DNA of 64,000 nt, taken from positions 1 through 64,000 of the forward strand of contig CAVUWV010000012.1 in the NCBI GenBank assembly GCA_963745075.1, in the 5' to 3' direction. Source of the DNA: Candidatus Hydrogenedentota bacterium. Its GTDB lineage: Bacteria > Hydrogenedentota > Hydrogenedentia > Hydrogenedentales > SLHB01. This document shows positions 10,330 through 19,635 of the stretch, piece after piece. Position 1 is the first letter of the stretch; each line of letters begins with the position of its first letter. The notes below the pieces were generated by a model. The model worked only from the letters and a program-made list of their open reading frames with translations. It was not told where the DNA came from and searched no databases. The translations under genes were made by a program, and so were the position numbers.

Positions 10330-13300
10330 ATGAGTAGCCTAAACCCCGAATATGAACCCAGTGACTATTTTCCATTTGCCGTTCATTTGTCGGATGAAAC
10401 ATGGGAAACGTACGGCCTGCGGGACATTCTGGCAGTCGAAGGTGAGGGGAGCGCCGGTGCGGACCTCCGGACTATCCGCAAGTTCCTGCATCGTGTAAAT
10501 TTAGAGCGAGACGGGACCACCCCGGATACCCAGCCAGTTACGACCGGTCAAACGCTCACGTTAGGTCTGCTGAACGAGATCTTCCGATACATTATCAATT
10601 TCTACTGGCGGGATCAGGTTCCGGAAGCCCTGTCGGCGGGCCTGCGGCGCGTGCGGACCGACCAGGGAAGCGAGACGGTTGACCGTCCACCGGCGGCGTT
10701 TGTCCAACTATTCCCCCCCACGGCGGTCAAACTATCCGGCGAACCGGCGGATATGTTCCTCGCCACCGGTCGCGGCGGGGATCGAAACTTCGATGTCGTT
10801 ATCCGGGAGATGATTCTGCTCCACTTGTCGTGCAGCAACCGGGCCCTGCGTCCGTATCTACCTTTGTTTCGCGACGCGGCATTGGCAAGAAAGACGCCTT
10901 ACCGGAAGTTGATCGGCGCGCTGGATCGATATTTCGCCAAGCAACCGGCGGTCACCGGGTTCGACGACACGTTGTTCGAATGCCTTCGGGCGCCGATGCG
11001 CGCGGCGCCGGACTCGCTGGAAGATCAGTTGGAGTACGTCCGGTCCCGGTGGTCGCACTTGCTTCCGAAGGGGCTCCTGAACCGGTTGCTGCTGGTACGC
11101 GGCATCTTGCGGGAAGAAACGCTGCAACGGGGATTCGTGCAGGGCACGTCGGAGATCCTGCGATTCGGCCGGCACGCCGGGGAGGTAGACGGCTATCCGG
11201 AACCCGAGCGATTCTCACGGGACGCGGACTGGATGTCGAACGTCGTGCTTCTCGCCAAGAGTGTGTACGTGTGGCTGGATCAGTTGTCCAAATGGTACGA
11301 GCGGGGCATTTACCGGCTGGACCAGATCCCCGACGTGGAACTCGATCGGTTGGCGCGGTGGGGGTTCAACGGCTTATGGCTCATCGGGTTGTGGGAGCGG
11401 TCGCCGGCTTCGGCGGATATCAAGCGGATCATGGGGAACCCCGAGGCGGTATCTTCGGCATATTCGCTTTACGACTATGACATTGCCCAGGACCTTGGGG
11501 GCGAGGAAGCCTACCAGAATCTTCGCGACCGCGCCCGCGAACGGGGCATCCGGCTCGCCAGCGACATGGTGCCGAATCATATGGGAATTTACTCGCGCTG
11601 GATGGTCGAGCATCCCAACTGGTTCTTGTCGCTGGACCACCCGCCGTATCCGGCCTACAACTACAGCGGCAAGAACCTTTCCTTTGACGAGCGTGTCGGC
11701 ATCTACATCGAGGACGGGTATTGGAACCACAGCGACGCGGCGGTGGTGTTCAAGCGGGTGGATCATTGGACCGGCGATACAAGATACATCTATCACGGCA
11801 ACGACGGGACCAGTATGCCGTGGAATGACACGGCGCAACTGAACTATCTCTTGCCTGAAGTGCGCGAGGCGGTGATTCAGACCATCTTGCACGTCGCTCG
11901 AAAGTTCTCAATCATCCGGTTCGACGCGGCCATGACCCTCGCCAAGAAGCATTTCCAGCGGCTCTGGTTCCCGAAACCCGGCGATGCGGGGGCGATTCCG
12001 TCGCGCGCGGAACACGGAATGTCGCGCGAAGAGTTTGACCGGCAGATCCCCGAGGAGTTCTGGCGAGAAGTGGTCGATCGTGTGGCGCAGGAGGTGCCCG
12101 ACACGCTGCTGTTGGCGGAGGCCTTCTGGCTGATGGAGGGCTATTTCGTCCGCACGCTCGGGATGCACCGGGTGTACAACAGCGCATTTATGAACATGCT
12201 GAAGATGGAGGATAACGCGGACTATCGCACGACGGTGAAGAATGTCCTCGAGTTCAGTCCGGAAATCCTCAAACGGTTCGTGAACTTCATGAACAATCCG
12301 GACGAGCGCACGGCGGTCGAGCAGTTTGGAAAAGGCGACAAGTACTACGGTGTGGCGCTCCTCATGGTGACCATGCCGGGACTGCCCATGTTCGGTCACG
12401 GCCAGATTGAGGGCTTCACCGAGAAGTACGGGATGGAATACCGCAAGGCGTACTGGGACGAGCAGGTGGACGAAGACATGGTCCGCCGGCACGAGCGCGA
12501 GATCTTTCCCTTGATGAGGCGGCGGTATCTCTTCAGCAGGGTCGAGCATTTTGCGTTCTACGATTTCCACACGCCCCACGGCCATGTAGACGAGAATGTG
12601 TTTGCGTACACCAATCGCGCGGGCGACGAACGGTCCGTTGTGTTCTATAACAATGCATACAACACGACGGAGGGGTGGATTCGGGTGTCAACGGCCCTCA
12701 ATTCCGGGCGTGGAGATGAGGGAACGCTTATCCACAAGACGGTAGCGGATTCCCTGGCGCTGCGGGGCGACGACCGCGTGTTTTACGTGTTCCGGGACCA
12801 CCGCGACAATCTGCAATACATTCGTTCAGGCCGCCAACTCTGCGCGGATGGCATTTTCGTCCGATTGCACGCCTATCAGTATCACGTGTTTCTCGATTTC
12901 GAGGAAGTCATTGACCGGGACGGCTACTGGGCGGAGATTGCCGGGCGGTTGAACGGCGGCGGTGTGCCCGACATCCACCTCGAACGACGCAAGCTGGAAC
13001 TTGCCCCGTTGCTGAACGCTTTCGACGGCTACGTCAATCCGGAATCGCTCGACTTCGATGGGGCGTCCACTACGGTGACCAAGAAAGCGTGGGAATCGCA
13101 GCAACGGGCCCTGGATGCGTTTCTCGATGAACTCGGGGGGCATACCGGCGCAATGTTGGACAGCGCGACGATCGGCGAGACGGCGCGAAACGCGGTGAAC
13201 GATGTTCGCCAGTTTGAAAAACGGCTCGAATCGGCGTCCGTCTCCGCGGAGGCCGTAGCCTATCTGCTCGGCCGCTTGGCTGTGAGTGAGCCGGAGGCGT

Positions 13301-13869
13301 CGCGATTCTGGCGCGTTCCCATGGCGTACGCCCTGTTGCAACCCGTAAATGCGGCGATGGATTTGGAGACGGAAGGCGCTTGGCTTGATACGTGGTTACT
13401 GAGTCTCGAACTGGAGAACACCTTTCACGCCATGGGGAGCGATGGATGGACCGCGTGGCAAGACGTGCGGCTGTTGAATGTCGCGCTTGTGCTCAATCCC
13501 GTGGAGAACGGTCACGCGGCGCTTCGTCAACTCTTTGCACTGGCGCCAGCGCGGGAGTTCCTCCAGATCAACGAGTACGACGGAGTCGAGTATTTCAATC
13601 GCGAACAGTTCGAGTCGATGGTTTCCCGGTTATGCTTGATCCACGCCATCTCCATTTTGGGGGATACCAAGACGAAGCCGGGCGGGAGAGCGGCGGCCGT
13701 GCAGGCCCAACTCCAGTGGGCGATGACCGTCCAGCAAGAAGCCGAAAACGCCGGCTACCGTGTCGGCACCCTTCTCGAATGGGAGCAGCAACAGGCGCCC
13801 GCGCCGAAGGCATCTAAGTCGAAGACGAAGAAGCCGGCAAAACCGCGCGCGAAGAAAGGCAAGCCGTGA
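10330..13869 (+). CDS. Large alpha-amylase family (GH13) glycoside hydrolase
   Basis: GH13 regions DMVPNH, IRFDAAM (nucleophile), LAEAFW (acid/base) and NNPDE; long helical N- and C-terminal extensions. Confidence 0.88.
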   Translation: MSSLNPEYEPSDYFPFAVHLSDETWETYGLRDILAVEGEGSAGADLRTIRKFLHRVNLERDGTTPDTQPVTTGQTLTLGLLNEIFRYIINFYWRDQVPEALSAGLRRVRTDQGSETVDRPPAAFVQLFPPTAVKLSGEPADMFLATGRGGDRNFDVVIREMILLHLSCSNRALRPYLPLFRDAALARKTPYRKLIGALDRYFAKQPAVTGFDDTLFECLRAPMRAAPDSLEDQLEYVRSRWSHLLPKGLLNRLLLVRGILREETLQRGFVQGTSEILRFGRHAGEVDGYPEPERFSRDADWMSNVVLLAKSVYVWLDQLSKWYERGIYRLDQIPDVELDRLARWGFNGLWLIGLWERSPASADIKRIMGNPEAVSSAYSLYDYDIAQDLGGEEAYQNLRDRARERGIRLASDMVPNHMGIYSRWMVEHPNWFLSLDHPPYPAYNYSGKNLSFDERVGIYIEDGYWNHSDAAVVFKRVDHWTGDTRYIYHGNDGTSMPWNDTAQLNYLLPEVREAVIQTILHVARKFSIIRFDAAMTLAKKHFQRLWFPKPGDAGAIPSRAEHGMSREEFDRQIPEEFWREVVDRVAQEVPDTLLLAEAFWLMEGYFVRTLGMHRVYNSAFMNMLKMEDNADYRTTVKNVLEFSPEILKRFVNFMNNPDERTAVEQFGKGDKYYGVALLMVTMPGLPMFGHGQIEGFTEKYGMEYRKAYWDEQVDEDMVRRHEREIFPLMRRRYLFSRVEHFAFYDFHTPHGHVDENVFAYTNRAGDERSVVFYNNAYNTTEGWIRVSTALNSGRGDEGTLIHKTVADSLALRGDDRVFYVFRDHRDNLQYIRSGRQLCADGIFVRLHAYQYHVFLDFEEVIDRDGYWAEIAGRLNGGGVPDIHLERRKLELAPLLNAFDGYVNPESLDFDGASTTVTKKAWESQQRALDAFLDELGGHTGAMLDSATIGETARNAVNDVRQFEKRLESASVSAEAVAYLLGRLAVSEPEASRFWRVPMAYALLQPVNAAMDLETEGAWLDTWLLSLELENTFHAMGSDGWTAWQDVRLLNVALVLNPVENGHAALRQLFALAPAREFLQINEYDGVEYFNREQFESMVSRLCLIHAISILGDTKTKPGGRAAAVQAQLQWAMTVQQEAENAGYRVGTLLEWEQQQAPAPKASKSKTKKPAKPRAKKGKP

Positions 13870-14056
13870 GCCCTGTGCTCTCTATGTTAGGTCGTTCACA
13901 TCGGCTCAGGCTGGCGGCAGTTCAACGCGAAGTCGGGGGGGTAGACGTAATTGGCGTCCCCGAAGCAAGGCTGGAGGTTGGTGCCCCCCCAGTCTCTCAC
14001 GGTCCGAAAGGCGTCGTCTTGCCGACTGGTATTTTGGGTGCGGTGAGAATTCTGGA

Positions 14057-14194
14057 CTAAAACGCACCGTAGAAGAACTGGAGTTTGTCTACGGTAACGG
14101 CCAGTCCCCATGCCCCGAGTGCTGCAGCCAGAAAGCCGATGGCGCACTCAGCGAGGAGTTTGTACGGAGTCTTGATTCTCGGCTTTTGACCCAT
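14057..14194 (-). CDS. DltX-like 45-aa single-pass membrane peptide with a C-terminal FxYxxF acyl-shuttle motif (below the ORF-track cutoff)
   Basis: Hand translation: MGQKPRIKTPYKLLAECAIGFLAAALGAWGLAVTVDKLQFFYGAF*. AAGGGAG lies about 12 nt upstream of the ATG. Basic N-terminus, one hydrophobic helix, terminal FFYGAF. Overlaps the 3' end of the DltD-like gene. Confidence 0.78.
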   Translation of the reverse strand: MGQKPRIKTPYKLLAECAIGFLAAALGAWGLAVTVDKLQFFYGAF

Positions 14195-15296
14195 TCCGTG
14201 GAATTACTCCCTTCTCGGTCAGGCTTTCGAGCAATGCGGAAGCAAGCAAGTCATGGTTTTTGAGATGGTCGAAATTCAGAAACTCCCCTGACTCAGCGGG
14301 TTTCAACTGGAGCCCATTGAAGACGGTAACGGAAGTGCCCTGCAGGTGTTCCGCGATCTTGTCCAGGAGTTGAGCGTCCTCACGAATGAGAGCGAGGCTG
14401 GCGCCGCTGAGTAAGGCGGTGTCTACCGGAGAAGCCACGAGTACTATTGGAACCCCGGCTTCGATGCTTGGCTGCGCCACTTGGTCGAACACATACGCTA
14501 CCGCCTCGGTGCGGACGTGTCCAATTTGGGCGATGTCTTCTTCCACCACTTTGCGATCCCATCCCAAAACGGGCGGTTTATCATTCACGGTCTCGTTCGG
14601 TGGCAGGTTTGTACTTGGCAGGGGCGCGTCCGCACGACCGGCCGCTGGGGGCGTCAGACGAATGGCCCATGCCAGATTGGCGCGATAGTCCGGCCATACG
14701 GCGGACATCAGGCGGTCCAGGGTTCCAGACGGTGTTTCCGCGGCGGCGAGTAGGGCGTCGCGCAGGGGGAGGTCTCCGAATTCGCCGATCTTCGGAGGTC
14801 GAATGATCTGAAACAACGGAAGGGACACGACGATCACGTCGGCGTCGAGCATCGTGGCCTGCTGGACGGCCGACTTCTTCTGCCATCGGGAGAGGTTGAT
14901 CATGGACTTCTCAATCACCTCGATCTTGGTACTCGTGTATTGTGGCGCCAAGCGGAGGATACTGGATCCGAGACTGTAATTATACTCGCGAAAGTCGAAG
15001 GCTTCAGAAGAACCTAACACTACAATCCGGAATGCATGTGGTGCCGCGTGGCGATCATGAAGAGGCTCGTATCCTTGAAGCGATACCTTGAGGAATCCTT
15101 CGTCCTGGACGGAATGCGCGTTACGCTCTCCTGGTTTTGCCTCGAATTCGCGGAGTCGGGATGCGACGCAGAGAATTAAAATGAAAAAGACGAGCGTCCA
15201 ACATCCGATCCGGAACAGCGAACCGGCGGTGCAGAGTTCGTCGGACAAGTCAAAAGCAAGACCGCGAATCGTCTCCACGCTGTTGCGCACGTTCAT
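14148..15296 (-). CDS. DltD/AlgJ-like SGNH-fold membrane-anchored periplasmic acyltransferase
   Basis: ATGA overlap with the MBOAT stop; N-terminal TM segment; VVLGSSE block-I-like motif as in DltD; late FLNFDHL His motif. Confidence 0.7.
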   Translation of the reverse strand: MNVRNSVETIRGLAFDLSDELCTAGSLFRIGCWTLVFFILILCVASRLREFEAKPGERNAHSVQDEGFLKVSLQGYEPLHDRHAAPHAFRIVVLGSSEAFDFREYNYSLGSSILRLAPQYTSTKIEVIEKSMINLSRWQKKSAVQQATMLDADVIVVSLPLFQIIRPPKIGEFGDLPLRDALLAAAETPSGTLDRLMSAVWPDYRANLAWAIRLTPPAAGRADAPLPSTNLPPNETVNDKPPVLGWDRKVVEEDIAQIGHVRTEAVAYVFDQVAQPSIEAGVPIVLVASPVDTALLSGASLALIREDAQLLDKIAEHLQGTSVTVFNGLQLKPAESGEFLNFDHLKNHDLLASALLESLTEKGVIPRNGSKAENQDSVQTPR

Positions 15297-16522
15297 GGCC
15301 GCCACCCGAAGAATAGGAGACCGTAGAACGGGACAATGTCCCCGGCCTTCAGCATCAGCAAGGGGAGGGTGGCAGCAACGAATAGAAAAGTCGCCGTCGC
15401 GCCAAGAACGAGATACGCAGTGGACGGTGGTGTCGTGGTCGCAGTTCGATAGGTTTTGACGCGGAGGAGAATTAGGACGGCCGAATGGCAAAGGCCGAAG
15501 ACGACCATCGGCACGTTCAAGTTATGCCAAAGGGCAATCGTCATCATGGTCAGCAGCGTTGCCACATACTGGGTATTTGCGCGATATCCGCCAAAAGGAA
15601 TGAAAACGTTGCGCTGGGCAAAGCTGGTGAGGCTCATGTGCCAGTTTGCCCAGAATTTCTGGAGCGAAGGTCTGAAAAAGGGATAGTTGAAGTTTTCGCG
15701 CACGGAGAAACCATAGAGCCTGCTGATCCCGATAGCCAAATCCGAGTAGGCCGAGAAATTGATGTAAAGGTACCAGGCGAAAACAAACACTTGCAGCGCG
15801 AGGTCCGTCTGGCTGAGGTGTGGCTCCTGCGGGAACTGGGTGATAGTCGCGAGGCTTCCCGAAAGGGGGCGTGCCAGCACGAAGAGTTTGAAGAAACCGA
15901 CCAGGACGCGACCAAGACCGTTGGCCAGGTGTCGAGGCAGGTCCCGTTCCGGCGTGTTTTGCACGGTCACTTCCTGGAATTGGATGACGGGTCCGACAAG
16001 CAACACGGGGGGGAACAGGCCGTAGTGCAGTATTTCTCGCAATTTCGGCTTCTTGACGAGATCCAATTGCACGCACACGAGCAGATCCGCTGCTCGAAAC
16101 GTCGAGAAAGATAGTCCCAACGGAACGAGCCAGGGAACGAACGAGTCCGTTCGGGCAAGGGGGGGGATCAGGAAGGCGAGGGAACCGGCCAACGTCTCGT
16201 TGACGATGCGTTCAAACCAACCCGGATAGAGCTTCCACTCGACCATAGGAAACATGACGGCAAGCAGACAGCCCGCGAACAGCATCGTCTTGGATCGTGG
16301 ATCCCTCACTTTTGGCAGGTGTACGACCATACACCACACCATCATCCAGAACACCGGCCAGTACAGTAGAAGTCGTGGTGCGACTGTGTAAAGCATCCAT
16401 AGTCCGACGCCGATGGAAATGCACTGCCGCAGGCGGATGCTTCGGGATGTATGGTAGATCGGCAAGGCTAAGGCGGAAAGTATGAGAAGGTCGAGAAAAT
16501 ATTGAACGGAGCCGCTGGTCAT
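15293..16522 (-). CDS. MBOAT family O-acyltransferase (DltB/AlgI-like)
   Basis: PLGLSFSTF, FPPVLLVGP, YINFSAYSDLAIG, ENFNYPF, FWANWHMSL, catalytic LWH. ATG at 16522 overlaps the FkbH stop. Confidence 0.92.
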   Translation of the reverse strand: MTSGSVQYFLDLLILSALALPIYHTSRSIRLRQCISIGVGLWMLYTVAPRLLLYWPVFWMMVWCMVVHLPKVRDPRSKTMLFAGCLLAVMFPMVEWKLYPGWFERIVNETLAGSLAFLIPPLARTDSFVPWLVPLGLSFSTFRAADLLVCVQLDLVKKPKLREILHYGLFPPVLLVGPVIQFQEVTVQNTPERDLPRHLANGLGRVLVGFFKLFVLARPLSGSLATITQFPQEPHLSQTDLALQVFVFAWYLYINFSAYSDLAIGISRLYGFSVRENFNYPFFRPSLQKFWANWHMSLTSFAQRNVFIPFGGYRANTQYVATLLTMMTIALWHNLNVPMVVFGLCHSAVLILLRVKTYRTATTTPPSTAYLVLGATATFLFVAATLPLLMLKAGDIVPFYGLLFFGWRP

Positions 16523-18288
16523 CGATTCAGGACCACCTCGATCCCCTCGGGTTGGGACGGGGCGTTGCTTGTCAGGATGCGCCATGCTCCCGTGGGTTCT
16601 TGTGTGAACCCATGAGACGGGAGCAAGTCTTTGACGGGAGCGTTCTTGGGGGACTGGATGTAGGCGCCGGTAACGGCGTTCGCGCCCTGTTCTCCAGCCA
16701 GATGGATCACAGTCGCAAGGATAGCCGTTTCCACTTTCCTCCCCAGCACACGACAGCTCAGCAGAAAGGTGTCGATGTTCCAGAAAGAGCAATCCAGCTT
16801 GAAGATCACCAGCCCGGTGAGACCGTAATCGCCGAATCGATCGCGGATGCGCGCCGCGAACATTCGATATTCCGGCGAGCACAGCAGAGCCCGAACTTCA
16901 TCTTCCGTGCGCCGGATCGTCGTTAAATTAAACTGGTTCGTCTTGTTGATGAGTTGAGTGACGCGTCCGATTTGTTGTTCGGAAGGTACAAAAAGCTCGA
17001 TCTGCAGGCGCAGCGAAATTATGAACTCATCGCGCGAGAGCGTTTGCTGAAGGGGCCGGCGTTTCCGTTCGGCAGCCAGCATCTCGGTCCGGCGGCGGTC
17101 TTCGTCGCTGACGTCACATCGATCAAAGAAATGCTGTTTCTTTAGATAGTCCACGATTAATGCAGGGTCATCGGGAATCTGGACCGACTGGACTTCCGGT
17201 AAAGCATCGGTCATCTGCGCAATTTCGAACGGGTTGTCATCTACGAAAACGAAACTGTCCACGCCGATCTTGAGTTCCTCGGCGACGTCCTTCAGATTGT
17301 CCGGTTTGTTTTCCCAATTGACTCTCCAAGCTGCGATGTCGTCTTCCCGAAGAACCATTCCGTCGTGTTCTCGAAAGACCTGTCGAACGTCGTCTTCGTT
17401 GTTTTTGCTTATGACCGCGAGAAGGATGCCTGAATTCTTCCAATGGAGCAAGAGCCTTTGGAAGTCGGCATAGGCGCTTCCCGGGAACTCGTGTCCGAGT
17501 AGTACACCGCCAAGGCCATCTTCACCTATAATTCCTCCCCAGAGCGTATTGTCGCAGTCGACGGAGATGCATTTTCGTGAGGAACGTTGAGTCGCACAGA
17601 GGATCCGTGCTAACTGGTCGGCCAAACGGCAATTGAACGATTCGGTATAGGGTTGTCGATAAAGGTACCATTTGCGCCAGTCCAGGGAATTCTCGATGCC
17701 GACATCGCGCTGCAATCCGTCCAGGTCCAGGACCCGGACGCCTTCAATATCGGCAAGAAGCTCTTGCCACTCATGAATAACCTGACGAAAAAACGCTCCT
17801 GTCGTAACGAGCATGTCGAGATCGGAGATGGACGTTTCCACGGGGCAAGGGAAGGGCGGCATGGTAATGACGATCGTTCCTGAGAACCGGGTGCGTAGAG
17901 TTGCCATCGCTCGTGCAAGATCCCGGAGCTTCTCGTGAACGGAGTCCATGGCGTCCCGATCGCCGCCGAGCCACTGCTTCAGTTCTTCGGCCACTAGATC
18001 CTCCATACGCCACAGGAGACAGATGCATTGCGGGTCCGTAGTAGTGAACGCAGACTTGTGATCGATGCAAACTTGAAGGATTTGATTGTATGGGGCGGCA
18101 GCGATTGTTGGGAGGAAACCCTTTTCGAGAAGTTTCGCGCCGAGGTATGGAACAACCGGTTCACTCGTGAAGGTGGCTGCGATGCCTATCGATAGCGCAC
18201 AGCCGGATTCTACGGGCGCGCCGTGGCAATGTTCCCGCCACCGGGATTTCAGCCGCGACAGCACCGCTCTGCAAACTTTCTTCGTCAT
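16519..18288 (-). CDS. fkbH: FkbH-like HAD-IIIC glyceryl-ACP-forming phosphatase/transferase
   Basis: DCDNTLWGG, SKN, NWENK, FVDDNPFE, KTNQFNLTT, DRFGDYG, LLSCRVLGR. Confidence 0.92.
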   Translation of the reverse strand: MTKKVCRAVLSRLKSRWREHCHGAPVESGCALSIGIAATFTSEPVVPYLGAKLLEKGFLPTIAAAPYNQILQVCIDHKSAFTTTDPQCICLLWRMEDLVAEELKQWLGGDRDAMDSVHEKLRDLARAMATLRTRFSGTIVITMPPFPCPVETSISDLDMLVTTGAFFRQVIHEWQELLADIEGVRVLDLDGLQRDVGIENSLDWRKWYLYRQPYTESFNCRLADQLARILCATQRSSRKCISVDCDNTLWGGIIGEDGLGGVLLGHEFPGSAYADFQRLLLHWKNSGILLAVISKNNEDDVRQVFREHDGMVLREDDIAAWRVNWENKPDNLKDVAEELKIGVDSFVFVDDNPFEIAQMTDALPEVQSVQIPDDPALIVDYLKKQHFFDRCDVSDEDRRRTEMLAAERKRRPLQQTLSRDEFIISLRLQIELFVPSEQQIGRVTQLINKTNQFNLTTIRRTEDEVRALLCSPEYRMFAARIRDRFGDYGLTGLVIFKLDCSFWNIDTFLLSCRVLGRKVETAILATVIHLAGEQGANAVTGAYIQSPKNAPVKDLLPSHGFTQEPTGAWRILTSNAPSQPEGIEVVLNR

Positions 18289-18294
18289 GGACGG

Positions 18295-18564
18295 TTACCC
18301 TGGCGAGGACGTCTTCGCGTTCTCCGGCGGTGGTAACACTCCCTTGGAACGCAAGACTTGCCGGACTATGCCGATGGAACGCATTCGCATTATTTCTCCC
18401 GTCGAGAGTTGGGTGTCGAAAGTTTCTTCGAGTGCAGCGACCAGTTCCATCGCTCGCATGCTGTCCCAACTTGGCGTATTATCCGGCGATGTGTCGTCGC
18501 TGAGCCGATCCCGGGTCACTCCCAAGATGTCGGCAAACAACCCGATTAGCATATCGTCCGCCAT
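18295..18564 (-). CDS. Stand-alone acyl carrier protein
   Basis: 89 aa, acidic; WDSM phosphopantetheine-site motif followed by helix II (ELVAALEETF); 6 nt upstream of fkbH. Confidence 0.88.
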   Translation of the reverse strand: MADDMLIGLFADILGVTRDRLSDDTSPDNTPSWDSMRAMELVAALEETFDTQLSTGEIMRMRSIGIVRQVLRSKGVLPPPENAKTSSPG

Positions 18565-18726
18565 AATGATTGAAGACTCCGTTACTGGTAAACGTTATGG
18601 ATTCTTACGAAAGTGAACGCGTGCAATCGCATAGATTCGATCGCCGTATACCCGTTGATCGGCGTGGTCGATTCTGATAGTCTCGGAAGCGCCAGTTCAT
18701 CCGGATAGTATTGTGCCTTCAAGTCA

Positions 18727-19635
18727 ATGGACCATGCAAACGACATCCAGCGTCTCGTGAAACTGATTCTTGCGGGAAACCCCTCGCATACCCCGTTTTT
18801 GCAAGAGTCGATCGCCACTATCGATGAAACGTCGCGCCAGGAACTGGGCAACTATCTTAGGTACTGTCAGCAGCGCGGATTCGACTTGTCCTACATGGCG
18901 GAATGTTACAACACCGTCGTTCAGGACATCTTCGTCGAACAGATCCACTTCATGCGGCACAAGCGGTACCGTCATTTCTCCTACGCCGACGTGGCCGCGG
19001 CGGTCTACGAAGACCCGCAGTACATGGCGAAATACATTTACGGTTTGTCGCTCACGTTGTTTCTGTGGTCGATTCATCGCCAACTCAAGCGATTCTTCGA
19101 AGAGACCCTTCCCAAGGACGAACGCGGGGAATATTTGGAAATTGGGCCAGGTCATGGATGGTACTTAATGACAGCGCTGACGAAAACGGCTTACACGCGG
19201 TTTCTTGGCGTGGACGTCAGTCAGAAGAGCATTGAAATCTGTGCGAATATTCTGGAGAGCGGTTGTTTCGGCCAGTTCACAAACTACACATTAAGATGCG
19301 CGGATTTCGTGACCGCCGATTTCGAGGGCCGTAAATTCGACGCGTTGGTAATGGGGGAGGTGTTAGAACATGTGGAAGTGCCGGTCGCGTTTTTGCGGCG
19401 CGTAAAGGAAATCACGCGCCCTCAGTCCCACATCTTCATTTCCACGTGTATGAACGCGCCCGCCATTGACCACATTAGTCTCTTCTCGTCACTGGATCAT
19501 TTGGAGTCGGTCATCGATTCGGCTGGATTGCGCATCGCGAGACGCTGTCTGCTTCCCTATCCGGGTTTAACGGTCGAGGAAACCGCGGCAAAACGGATGC
19601 CCATGAACATCGGAGCTACATTGGCACACCAATGA
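18727..19635 (+). CDS. Class I SAM-dependent methyltransferase
   Basis: YLEIGPGHG motif I, GVDVS, FDALVMGEVLEHV. Confidence 0.85.
   Translation: MDHANDIQRLVKLILAGNPSHTPFLQESIATIDETSRQELGNYLRYCQQRGFDLSYMAECYNTVVQDIFVEQIHFMRHKRYRHFSYADVAAAVYEDPQYMAKYIYGLSLTLFLWSIHRQLKRFFEETLPKDERGEYLEIGPGHGWYLMTALTKTAYTRFLGVDVSQKSIEICANILESGCFGQFTNYTLRCADFVTADFEGRKFDALVMGEVLEHVEVPVAFLRRVKEITRPQSHIFISTCMNAPAIDHISLFSSLDHLESVIDSAGLRIARRCLLPYPGLTVEETAAKRMPMNIGATLAHQ

Noticed and set aside
13896..14147. 83-aa minus-strand ORF from the track downstream of the SGNH gene
   Set aside because: No family features; it overlaps the much better supported DltX-like peptide in another frame
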